NCBI GenBank assembly: GCA_964393545.1
Contig: CAYMUB010000059.1
Coordinates: 4,571 to 68,570, forward strand
From: an uncultured Gammaproteobacteria bacterium
GTDB lineage: Bacteria > Patescibacteriota > Microgenomatia > Daviesbacterales > UBA10151
Reading direction: 5' to 3'
DNA: 64,000 nt
Part shown: one piece after another, positions 47,456 through 56,858 of the stretch
Layout of the letters: each line of letters opens with the position of its first letter
Numbering within the stretch: position 1 is the stretch's first letter
Notes under the pieces: generated by a model
What the model saw: only the letters and a program-made list of their open reading frames with translations
The model's database searches: none
Told to the model about the DNA's origin: nothing
Position numbers and translations under genes: made by a program

Positions 47456-49642
47456 ATGACAAGGTTTGGCTATGCTACACTTTATAACATGAAACTTGAA
47501 CAGCTTTCAGTTTTTTTCCCATCTTTTAATGAAGAAGGTAATATTGAACTTACAGTCAGCAAAGCAATCAAGATTTTAGAGCAATCAGGCCTGCAATATG
47601 AAATTATTATAGTTAATGATGGTTCAACAGACAAAACCGCATTTGTTGCAGAAAATTTATCTAAAAGAAACTCAAAAGTTAGAGTTATCAATCATCCTCA
47701 AAACCTGGGTTATGGAGAGGCCTTAAAGTCAGGTTTCTATAATGCCAAATATGACACTATTGTCTATACAGATGGGGATGGTCAATTTGACTTTGCTGAA
47801 GTTACTAAATTCTTAGAAAAAATACAAAATTTTGATTTGGTAATAGGCTACCGTATCAAAAGACAAGATCCTTTTCTTAGGAGATTATTTGGTAAAGGTT
47901 GGAGATTATCTTTATTAATTTTCTTTGGACTAACTTTAAAAGATGTGGATTGTGGTTTTAAAATGATTAAAAGATCAGTACTTAAGAAAATTCCTCACCT
48001 GGAATCTCAAAGAGGAGCTATGATTAATGCTGAAGTTGCAATTAAAGCTAAGAAATTTGGTTTTAAAGTAGATCAAGTTGGAGTAAACCATTATCCCCGT
48101 ATTTCAGGTAAACCTACTGGAGCAGGTGTTAGGGTGATTATTAAATCTTATCTTGACTTGCTAAGGTTGTGGTGGAAACTTAAAGATCAGAAAATGCTAT
48201 TTATAGCTTTAATCTTAATCTTAGGTTTAGCAGCTTTCTTAAGACTCTACCAAATTCCTGGATATATGACTTTTTTAGGGGATGAGGGTAGGGATGCTTT
48301 AATTATGAAGAAAATATTATCCGGTGATTTGCCTATGATTGGTCCACCCACTTCTGTTGGGAATATCTATTTAGGGCCGCTTTATTACTACATGATGTTT
48401 TTATCCATGGCTCCAACAAATTTAAACCCTATTTCTGCTGCAATTATGAATGCGCTGATTGGGATTTTAATTGTGGCCTTAGTTTATTATTTAGGAAAAA
48501 TCTGGTTTGGTAGGATTGGGGGGATGGTTGCTTCCTTTCTTTATGCTATATCACCAGTGAATATTATCTACTCCCGTTCTTCCTGGAATCCCAACCCGGC
48601 CCCCTTTTTTGCATTACTTGGAATGTTTAGTCTTTATAGGGTACACAAAACAGGTAATTTCTTGTGGCTGGTGCTAACAGGTTTTGCTTTTGCTGCAGCA
48701 GCACAAATGCACTATTTATCCTTAATACTAATTCCAATAGGAGTAATTTTGTTGATATATGAGGTCTGGGCTAGAAAAAATAGTCACATGAATTCTAAAA
48801 ATCTACCCAAGGGGATCATGTTAGGGATGATAACTTTTGCATTAGTAATGTCACCTTTAGTTATTTTTGATTTTAAACATAATTTCTTAAACTATAGAGC
48901 AATTACTGAACTCTTGTCTGGAAATGGTGCTGTTAAAGCAGCTGTTTTCTCAAATTTAGCAAGAATCCCATCTCTTTTTTCCTATAACTTAATTGGTAGA
49001 TATATGACAGGAGAGAACTATATTTTACAAATATTACTTTCCCTGCTTTTGCTCTTACCCTTTTTGTTATTGAGAACCTGGTCAATACTGGCTTTAGGAG
49101 TATGGCTTTTAGTAGGATTGTTTGGAGTCTCTTTTTACCAGCAAGATATATATGATCACTATTTAGGTTTTATGAATCCAGTCCCTTTTTTACTTTTGGG
49201 GTCTATTACTACAATTAAAATAATACCCCGTAAATTTGTAGCCGCTTTAATGATAACTTTAGTTCTCTCTTTAACTTATGTTAATTTTCAAAAAAGCCCT
49301 TTAAGGTTTCCCCCGAATAATCAATTGAAAAGAACAATTGATGTAGCAAAATTTATTATTAACGCATCACAAAATAAGGACTTTAATTTCGCATTAATTG
49401 CAAAAAGCAACTACGATTCTGCCTATCAATTTTATTTAGATAAACTTGGTCATACACCAAAACAAGTCCCATTTGATAAAACCGGTCAATTGTTTGTAGT
49501 TTGTGAAGATGAAAGTTGTGACCCAACTCATAATTCAAAATATGAAATAGTAGCTTATGGTTGGTCAAAGATAGATTGGATGAAAGAATTTGCGGGTGTT
49601 AAAATTTACAGACTTGTTCCTAATCCAACTGGTAAACCATGA
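47456..49642 (+). CDS. Bifunctional fusion: N-terminal GT2 (DPM1-like polyprenol-P-sugar synthase) + C-terminal GT-C/ArnT-like membrane transferase domain
   Basis: 728 aa; N-terminal VNDGSTD...TDGDGQ GT2 motifs; C-terminal multi-TM with MIGPPTSVGNIYLGPLYYYMMFL motif shared with the ArnT-like paralogs. Confidence 0.7.
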   Translation: MTRFGYATLYNMKLEQLSVFFPSFNEEGNIELTVSKAIKILEQSGLQYEIIIVNDGSTDKTAFVAENLSKRNSKVRVINHPQNLGYGEALKSGFYNAKYDTIVYTDGDGQFDFAEVTKFLEKIQNFDLVIGYRIKRQDPFLRRLFGKGWRLSLLIFFGLTLKDVDCGFKMIKRSVLKKIPHLESQRGAMINAEVAIKAKKFGFKVDQVGVNHYPRISGKPTGAGVRVIIKSYLDLLRLWWKLKDQKMLFIALILILGLAAFLRLYQIPGYMTFLGDEGRDALIMKKILSGDLPMIGPPTSVGNIYLGPLYYYMMFLSMAPTNLNPISAAIMNALIGILIVALVYYLGKIWFGRIGGMVASFLYAISPVNIIYSRSSWNPNPAPFFALLGMFSLYRVHKTGNFLWLVLTGFAFAAAAQMHYLSLILIPIGVILLIYEVWARKNSHMNSKNLPKGIMLGMITFALVMSPLVIFDFKHNFLNYRAITELLSGNGAVKAAVFSNLARIPSLFSYNLIGRYMTGENYILQILLSLLLLLPFLLLRTWSILALGVWLLVGLFGVSFYQQDIYDHYLGFMNPVPFLLLGSITTIKIIPRKFVAALMITLVLSLTYVNFQKSPLRFPPNNQLKRTIDVAKFIINASQNKDFNFALIAKSNYDSAYQFYLDKLGHTPKQVPFDKTGQLFVVCEDESCDPTHNSKYEIVAYGWSKIDWMKEFAGVKIYRLVPNPTGKP

Positions 49643-50376
49643 AAAAACTTTCTGTAGTTATTCCTTCATATAATGAGGCAGCTAATCTAAAAAAAGGAGT
49701 ATTAAATCAAGTAGGCGACTATTTTTTCAAAAGTAAGATAGATTATGAAGTTTTGGTGGTAGATGACGGGTCTTTGGATGAGTCAGTAAAACTGATAAAA
49801 AAGTATACTTTAAAAAATAAAAACTTTAAGTTAATCCAAAATAGCCATGGAGGAAAAGCAATAGCAGTATTAACTGGCATGGAGAAATCCAGTGGAGAAG
49901 TAGTTTTGTTTACTGACATGGATCAGGCAACTCCTATTAATCAATTAGCCAAATTCATTCCAAAGTTTGAAGAAGGATATGACATAGTTATTGGATCAAG
50001 GGATGGTAGAAAAGGAGCACCCATTATTAGGAAGTTATCTGCGTGGGGATTTTCAATCCTCCGGAGGATCATTTTAGGCTTGCCTTTTAAAGACACCCAA
50101 TGTGGTTTTAAGGCTTTTTCTAAAGCTTCAATTAACAAGATTCTTCCTGAAATTAAAAGCGAATGGGGAGTAGTTCATTTTCAAGGAGGAGCAGTGAATG
50201 CTGGATTTGATGTAGAGCTTTTATATCTGGCCAAAAAATATGGTTTTAAGATTGCAGAGATAGAGGTAGAGTGGAGTTATGTTGATACTGAAAGAGTACA
50301 AGTGGTTAAAGATGCCCTGGCAGCCATTTATGATATGTTAAGAATTAGAATAAATGATTTCTCAAATAAGTATTAG
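49639..50376 (+). CDS. GT2 family polyprenol-phosphate glycosyltransferase (soluble DPM1-like)
   Basis: 245 aa; VIPSYNE, VVDDGSLDES, DMDQATP motifs. Confidence 0.75.
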   Translation: MKKLSVVIPSYNEAANLKKGVLNQVGDYFFKSKIDYEVLVVDDGSLDESVKLIKKYTLKNKNFKLIQNSHGGKAIAVLTGMEKSSGEVVLFTDMDQATPINQLAKFIPKFEEGYDIVIGSRDGRKGAPIIRKLSAWGFSILRRIILGLPFKDTQCGFKAFSKASINKILPEIKSEWGVVHFQGGAVNAGFDVELLYLAKKYGFKIAEIEVEWSYVDTERVQVVKDALAAIYDMLRIRINDFSNKY

Positions 50377-50381
50377 GATAA

Positions 50382-51899
50382 TTGTATATAATTAAGATAG
50401 TGAAATTTGTTATCAGATATAAAACTGAATTAATTATATTCTCAGTCTTAATAGTTACTTACTTCATATTGAGGTTGCCCAATTTAACTTTGCAGCCAAT
50501 ATTTGCAGATGAGGCAATTTATATTCGTTGGGCTCAGGTAATGAGATCTGAACCTACCTTGCGGTTTTTATCTCTTTCTGATGGGAAAACACCTCTTTTT
50601 ATGTGGATAATGATTCCTTTTTTTAAGATCTTTAGTGATCCTTTATATGCAGGTAGGTTTTTATCAGTAATTTCAGGTTTCTTTACCTTACTTGGAGTAT
50701 TCTTCTTATCAAAAAAGGTATTTAATATTAGAACTGCTCTTTGGGCATCTCTTCTGTATGTAATTACGCCATACACTGTTTTCTTTGACCGCATGGCTTT
50801 GGTTGACCCAATGTTATCGGCGTTTACTATCTGGTCAATTTATTTTGCTATTTGGTTAATAAGAAGTCTCAGGTTAGATATTGCCATGATTTTGGGATAT
50901 TTATTAGGAGGAGCACTTCTGACTAAAACTCCAGCTATGATGAATATACTGGTTCTACCGATTTCACTTTTAGGTCTTAGAAAGAATAAGCAGGATAAAT
51001 ATCCTCTTTTGAGAGCTTTAACACTTTTGGCAGTAGCTGCTTTAATTGCCTTAGTAATATATAACTTGTTAAGGTTAGGTCCAGGATTTCAACAACTTTC
51101 TGCCCGGAATGCTGATTATGTTTTTTCACCCTCAGAATTAAAAGGAAGAATCCTGGATCCTTTTATTCCCCATTTTCATGATATTTCTGATTGGTTTCCT
51201 AAACTTTTTACTACTCCGGTCTTAATTTTTGTATTTGTGGGGATTTTTTACTCCTTGTTAACATTTAATAAAACAGGATTAATTATGTTAATTTGGGTGA
51301 TAGTTCCTTTTATGCTGGAAATGGCTTTTTTGAGAACATTTACAGCCCGTTATCTTTTAACCTCTATTGCTCCATTTTTAATCTTTGCGGCATTTGGTTT
51401 AACTAAAGTTTTAGAAAGAATAAGAATAAAAAATTCTCTAAAATTTACCATAGCATTGATAGTAATTTTACCGTTAGCTTTAAAGTTTGATTACCAGCTA
51501 ATTAGCAGTCCTCCGCCAACTGATTTACCAAAAGAAGAGAGAAGAGGTTATTTTGAAGAGTGGACTGCAGGTTATGGATTAAAACAAATAGGCTTATTTT
51601 TGGATGAAGAGACAAAAAAGAAAAAAGTAGTAGTAGGAACAGCTGGATTTTTTGGAACTTTACCTGATGGATTGTATATTTATCTTGATAAATCAGATAT
51701 TTCAGTTGTCGGAAGCTCAGCGACAGTTTCTGCCCAGATCAGAAAAGCTGCCCAGGAACATCCCACATATTTTGTAGGTAACAAAAAAGATTTAGAAAAT
51801 AGTATTAAGAATGTAAAATTGATCTTTGAATATCCTAAAGCCAAATCATTAGATGATTTAAAACAGGATTCAACTGTCCTTTACCAAGTTTTACCCTAG
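50382..51899 (+). CDS. GT-C glycosyltransferase, ArnT/PMT family (COG1807)
   Basis: 505 aa polytopic; first periplasmic loop carries the DE motif (IFADEAIYIRWAQ) characteristic of GT39/GT83. Confidence 0.7.
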   Translation: MYIIKIVKFVIRYKTELIIFSVLIVTYFILRLPNLTLQPIFADEAIYIRWAQVMRSEPTLRFLSLSDGKTPLFMWIMIPFFKIFSDPLYAGRFLSVISGFFTLLGVFFLSKKVFNIRTALWASLLYVITPYTVFFDRMALVDPMLSAFTIWSIYFAIWLIRSLRLDIAMILGYLLGGALLTKTPAMMNILVLPISLLGLRKNKQDKYPLLRALTLLAVAALIALVIYNLLRLGPGFQQLSARNADYVFSPSELKGRILDPFIPHFHDISDWFPKLFTTPVLIFVFVGIFYSLLTFNKTGLIMLIWVIVPFMLEMAFLRTFTARYLLTSIAPFLIFAAFGLTKVLERIRIKNSLKFTIALIVILPLALKFDYQLISSPPPTDLPKEERRGYFEEWTAGYGLKQIGLFLDEETKKKKVVVGTAGFFGTLPDGLYIYLDKSDISVVGSSATVSAQIRKAAQEHPTYFVGNKKDLENSIKNVKLIFEYPKAKSLDDLKQDSTVLYQVLP

Positions 51900-51900
51900 C

Positions 51901-53598
51901 ATGCCAAAAATTTTTAGCAGAAATTTCATATTTCCTCTATGTTTAGTTATTTTAACAATTCCTCTTTTCTACTTACTAATCCGCCCTGGATTTTTTCCCA
52001 TGCAGGATGATCTGCAAGCTTTTAGAGTTCAACAGATGGTTAAGTGTTTGAAGGATTTTCAAATTCCCTGCAGGTGGATTCCTGATATGGGTTATCAATA
52101 TGGATATCCTCAATTTAACTTTTATCCGCCCAGTGTTTTTTATATTGGTGGACTATTAAATTTAATAGGTATTCAGGTAATTGATGCAGTAAAGATATTA
52201 TTTATTTTAGGATTTATATTATCGGCTTTAACAATGTTTCTTTTTTTAAAAGATTTGCTAGGGAAGTGGCCTGCTTTTGTAGGTGCGATGCTCTATAGCA
52301 TTGTTCCATATAAGGCTACTGAAGTGTATGTTAGAGGGTCCTTGTCAGAGTTTTGGGCTTTTGTATTTTTTCCGCTTATTTTTTGGTCTAGCTTACAACT
52401 AGTTAAAACCGGAAAAATAAAGTATATTGCCTGGCTTGCCTTTTCAGTTGGATTACTGTTGTTGACTCATAATCTGATGTCATTTATATTTTTACCAATC
52501 TTTGGAGTATGGGTAATTACTTTAGCGTTAGTTTGGAGAAAATGGCAAGAGCTGCCAAAAATAATTATCGCTAGTTTACTGGGCTTAGGGGTAGCTGCCT
52601 TTTTTACTATCCCTGTTATTTTTGAGAATAAATATGCTCATATAGAAACTTTAACTAGTGGATATTTTGACTATCGTCAACACTTTGTAGATTTAAAGCA
52701 ATTATTTTTATCTAATCATTTTGGGTATGGGTCTTCCTACTTAGGACCCAATGATGATCTTTCCTTGTCAACAGGAATAGTGCAATGGATACTTGGTTTT
52801 TTAGCAGTAATACTTGTCTTGTTTAATTTTAAAAAAGATAAAAAAATAACTCTCATTACTTTAATACTTGCGATAAGCGTCTTAGGAGTTTTGTTTTTAA
52901 TGCATCAAAAATCATCATTTATCTGGGAGAAACTACCTGGCTTAAATTTATTGCAATTTCCCTGGAGGTTTTTATCAGATAGCACTTTTCTTTTATCTAT
53001 CTTGGATGCTATTGCTATCTATAAAATAAACAGTTTCAGTAAGAATTTAGCTATCGGAGTGGGGGTAATTTCCATAGTTACTCTATTCATCCTGCACGGA
53101 TTTTTCTTTCAGCCAAAATCATGGCTTAATATTTCTGATCAAGATAAATTTTCTGGAGAGTCTTGGGAAAAGCAATTAACTATCAGCATTTTTGATTATT
53201 TACCAATTTATGCCAAATTTCCGCCAAACAAAAAAGCTCCTGAACAACCAGAAACTTTGGAAGGAAAGGTTGAATTTATAAACTACCAAAAGTACAGTGA
53301 TTCTCAAACAGGAGAAATAAAGGTAGAGAAAAATTCTACCTTAAGATTGCCTTTATTTGATTTTCCAGGCATGGAAGTTACAGTAGATGGTGAAAAAGTA
53401 GCCCATTGGCATGATGATTGCAGAGAACAAGAATATTGTCTGGGACTGATTACCTTCATGGTAAATGAGGGCAGTCACAAAATTAAAGCCGCGCTAAAAG
53501 ATACGCCAGTACGATTACTTAGTAATATAATCAGTATTATAAGTATTTCTATTGTGGGAATACTTTTTTTTAAAAAACATGAGAAATATACTAGTTAA
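51901..53598 (+). CDS. Tandem paralog 1 of a polytopic membrane protein family (putative GT-C-like)
   Basis: 565 aa; conserved FQIPCRWIPDMGY...QFPWRFLSD motifs shared with the next three genes. Confidence 0.6.
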   Translation: MPKIFSRNFIFPLCLVILTIPLFYLLIRPGFFPMQDDLQAFRVQQMVKCLKDFQIPCRWIPDMGYQYGYPQFNFYPPSVFYIGGLLNLIGIQVIDAVKILFILGFILSALTMFLFLKDLLGKWPAFVGAMLYSIVPYKATEVYVRGSLSEFWAFVFFPLIFWSSLQLVKTGKIKYIAWLAFSVGLLLLTHNLMSFIFLPIFGVWVITLALVWRKWQELPKIIIASLLGLGVAAFFTIPVIFENKYAHIETLTSGYFDYRQHFVDLKQLFLSNHFGYGSSYLGPNDDLSLSTGIVQWILGFLAVILVLFNFKKDKKITLITLILAISVLGVLFLMHQKSSFIWEKLPGLNLLQFPWRFLSDSTFLLSILDAIAIYKINSFSKNLAIGVGVISIVTLFILHGFFFQPKSWLNISDQDKFSGESWEKQLTISIFDYLPIYAKFPPNKKAPEQPETLEGKVEFINYQKYSDSQTGEIKVEKNSTLRLPLFDFPGMEVTVDGEKVAHWHDDCREQEYCLGLITFMVNEGSHKIKAALKDTPVRLLSNIISIISISIVGILFFKKHEKYTS

Positions 53599-55207
53599 AA
53601 ACTTTCCTATTTTAATTATTCTGGGATTATCGATATTAATCGTCTGGCCTTTATTTTTACACGGCTATTTTTCTCATCATGATGATTTACAGGTCATGAG
53701 AATTTTTGAGATGAGGAAGTGTTTTTTTGATTTGCAGATTCCCTGCCGATGGGTGCCGGATATGGGTTTTGGCAATGGTTTTCCTTTATTTAATTACTAT
53801 GGAGTATTCCCTTATTATATTGGGGCGGTCATAAGTTACTTACTGGGATTTATTGGGGCAGCCAAGGCTCTATTTTTTATCCCTTTGGTTTTCGGAGGTA
53901 TTTCAATGTATTTTCTAGCAAGAGAATTAGCAGGAAAATGGGTTGGTTTAACAGCAGGAGCCTTATATTTATTTGCTCCTTACAGATCTTTAGATACTTA
54001 TGTCAGAGGGGCAGTTTCTGAAAGTTTTTCTTTGGCTATAATTCCTTTAGTTTTTTATTTTGGTTTAAAACTGGCTAGAGAAAAAACAACATATAATTTT
54101 ACTTTATTTTCTTTAACATTAGGAGCTTTTTTAATCACCCACAACATTATGGATATGTTATTTGCTCCTTTATTGGTTCTTTTTTTGATTTATATAAAGA
54201 TCATAGAAAAATCAAAAAATATGAAAAACTTAATCTTTGGTACAATCTTAGGATTTGGTTTATCGGCCTTTTTTTTAATCCCTGCTTTCCTGGAAAAAAA
54301 CTTAATTCAAACAGAAGCTTTAACCAGATTTGATTTAGATTTTAGGGTGCATTTTGTAACAGTTAAACAATTATTCTTAGATAGATTTTGGGGTTATGGA
54401 GCATCAATTTTAGGACCGTTTGATACCATCTCATTTCAGATAGGTTGGCCTCACTGGTGGTTGGTTGTTGTTGGATTCTTGCTAGTTCTAAAAAATAAAA
54501 AACTATTGCCCTTAATATTTGTCTTTTTAGTTTCAATTTTTATGGCTCACAATAAATCTGCTTTTGTTTGGGAAAAAATTGGCATACTAAGATATACCCA
54601 ATTTCCCTGGAGATTTTTATCTATAGCGATATTTTCTTCAAGTCTGATTGGAGGACTTGTGATAACCAGTGTTAAAAAAGAATGGCAAAAGTACCCGGCC
54701 ATCTTAATTGTTATTTTAACTGTGTTGTTAAATTATAGTTACTTTAAACCGGATAAATTTTATTTTGATTTAACAGATGAAAAAAAATTATCAGGAATTT
54801 TATGGGATGATCAAAGAAGAGCAGCTATTTTAGATTATTTGCCAAAGGAAGCTTATGAACCAAAAGAATCTGCACCTGATAAGCCACTGGTGATTGAGGG
54901 GCAGTCTGATATTAGAAACTTTGTGGTCAGATCAAACTCTTGGAGATTCGATGTTGATGTAAAAAAAGCTGCTAAGATTGAGATACCAGTTTTTGATTTT
55001 CCTAATTGGGAGGTTTTTGTAAATGGGAAAAAAGTATCCCACAATAAGGATAATTTACTAAAGAGAATTCAGTTTAACTTGGAGCAAGGGAACTATCAAG
55101 TAACTGGTAAGTTTAAAGATACCTTTATAAGACAAATATCTAATTTATTAACACTATTTTCTTTGGTGGGATTACTGTTATATGTTAAAAAACTTAAAAA
55201 AATCTAA
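53552..55207 (+). CDS. Tandem paralog 2 of the same membrane protein family
   Basis: 551 aa; LQIPCRWVPDMGFGNGFPLFNYY, QFPWRFLS; start may be internal Met ~53579. Confidence 0.6.
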   Translation: MWEYFFLKNMRNILVKNFPILIILGLSILIVWPLFLHGYFSHHDDLQVMRIFEMRKCFFDLQIPCRWVPDMGFGNGFPLFNYYGVFPYYIGAVISYLLGFIGAAKALFFIPLVFGGISMYFLARELAGKWVGLTAGALYLFAPYRSLDTYVRGAVSESFSLAIIPLVFYFGLKLAREKTTYNFTLFSLTLGAFLITHNIMDMLFAPLLVLFLIYIKIIEKSKNMKNLIFGTILGFGLSAFFLIPAFLEKNLIQTEALTRFDLDFRVHFVTVKQLFLDRFWGYGASILGPFDTISFQIGWPHWWLVVVGFLLVLKNKKLLPLIFVFLVSIFMAHNKSAFVWEKIGILRYTQFPWRFLSIAIFSSSLIGGLVITSVKKEWQKYPAILIVILTVLLNYSYFKPDKFYFDLTDEKKLSGILWDDQRRAAILDYLPKEAYEPKESAPDKPLVIEGQSDIRNFVVRSNSWRFDVDVKKAAKIEIPVFDFPNWEVFVNGKKVSHNKDNLLKRIQFNLEQGNYQVTGKFKDTFIRQISNLLTLFSLVGLLLYVKKLKKI

Positions 55208-56858
55208 AAAACTTCTGGGATTTTTGATAGCCGGAATTTTAATAATCCCAGCAGTCTGGGCCTTATTTGTGCCGGGATTTTATGGAGCTTCAGATGATAT
55301 TCATATTGGCTGGTTGTTTGAATTTCACAAAACTTTAATGATGGGACAGATTCCTCCCAGATTTGTACCTGATTTAAGTTTTGGTTTTGGTTATCCTTTA
55401 TTTAATTTTGTTTTTCCATTACCCTTTTATATTGCTGAAATTATTCATCTTTTTTTAGGATTTAATTTAGTTGACAGTATCAAAGCTTTATTTTTTCTGA
55501 CCATCCCTTTATCAGGTTTATTTATGTATTTTTTGCTTCGTGAGTACTCGGGTAGATCATTTAGTCTGGCAGGGGCAGTTTTATATATTTATACCCCATA
55601 TAGATCAGTAGACTTATATATCAGAGGGGCAATAGGGGAGATAGTAAGTTTTGTTTTTCTCCCCCTGATATTATTATCAGTTATTAAGCTATCTAAAACT
55701 AGAGGTTTAAAATGGGTAGGGATAGGTGCTATCTCGCTTGCTTCCCTAGTCTTGTCGCACAATATAACAGGATACATGTTTTTTCCTTTTGTAGCTTTAT
55801 TATTTTTATTCCAAACTTTTTTTATCTCTGCGAAAAAACAGTTTATAACTAACTTTTTCCTAATGATTTTTTTAGGACTTTTAATAAGTATTTATTTTTG
55901 GCTACCGGCAATAGTGGATAGCAACTTAATGAAATATGATACTGTTTTCAATTTTGTAGATCACTTTCCTACCATTTCCCAATTGATAACTCCTTATTGG
56001 GGTTATGGAGCATCTGTACCAGGACCCTATGATGGAATGTCTTTTTTCCTGGGAATAACTAATTTACTGGTCTTGGGAATTGGAATAATTTCTATTTTCT
56101 TGTTTTGGAAAAAAATAGAAAAAGAAAAAAGGATTATTTTTATCTGGTCTTTAATATGTATAAGCTGGTCTATGCTCTTAATGAATTATCGGTCTATCTT
56201 TATATGGTCAATTGTCCCAATGTTGCCATATTTTCAGTTTCCCTGGAGATTTTTGATATTAACTACCTTTGCTATACCAATCCTGATAATAATTCTAGAA
56301 AAACTGCCTTTTAATAAATTTATCCCGGCTGTTTTGATTGTTTTAACACTTGTCACATCTGGAAGTTATTTTAGACCACAAGATTTTTTAGGTAGAAAGG
56401 ATGACTATTTTCTTAACCGGTATATCCCAAGTCCTGTGGCTAGTGATGAATATAAAAAAACGCAGGAAGAATATTTAAGATTACCCATAGGAACTCAGGT
56501 TAGGCCAGATAAAATTTACCCCAGAGTCACAAACAATACTAATATTAAAGAGGTTGTAAGTACTGATGATCTTAATGCTCAGATAAAGGTGGAATCAGAT
56601 AAAGGAGCAGTCATAAGTTATAATAAATATTCTTTCCCAGGCTGGGAAGTAAGAATTGATAATCAGGTTGTAGAACACAAAACAGGATCACCATTCGGCC
56701 AGTTAACTTTCTTTGTTCCTTCAGGCCAACATATGATTGAAGTATCCTTTAAAGAAGGCACATTTAAGAAAATACTTGACGCTATATCTTTGGTTGCCTT
56801 TTTAGTATCATTAAGAATGGCATGGACTCGATTAAAAAAATATGGCCCTTCCTCGTAG
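55182..56858 (+). CDS. Tandem paralog 3 of the same membrane protein family
   Basis: 558 aa; QIPPRFVPDLSFGFGYPLFNF, FQFPWRFLIL. Confidence 0.6.
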   Translation: MLKNLKKSKKLLGFLIAGILIIPAVWALFVPGFYGASDDIHIGWLFEFHKTLMMGQIPPRFVPDLSFGFGYPLFNFVFPLPFYIAEIIHLFLGFNLVDSIKALFFLTIPLSGLFMYFLLREYSGRSFSLAGAVLYIYTPYRSVDLYIRGAIGEIVSFVFLPLILLSVIKLSKTRGLKWVGIGAISLASLVLSHNITGYMFFPFVALLFLFQTFFISAKKQFITNFFLMIFLGLLISIYFWLPAIVDSNLMKYDTVFNFVDHFPTISQLITPYWGYGASVPGPYDGMSFFLGITNLLVLGIGIISIFLFWKKIEKEKRIIFIWSLICISWSMLLMNYRSIFIWSIVPMLPYFQFPWRFLILTTFAIPILIIILEKLPFNKFIPAVLIVLTLVTSGSYFRPQDFLGRKDDYFLNRYIPSPVASDEYKKTQEEYLRLPIGTQVRPDKIYPRVTNNTNIKEVVSTDDLNAQIKVESDKGAVISYNKYSFPGWEVRIDNQVVEHKTGSPFGQLTFFVPSGQHMIEVSFKEGTFKKILDAISLVAFLVSLRMAWTRLKKYGPSS

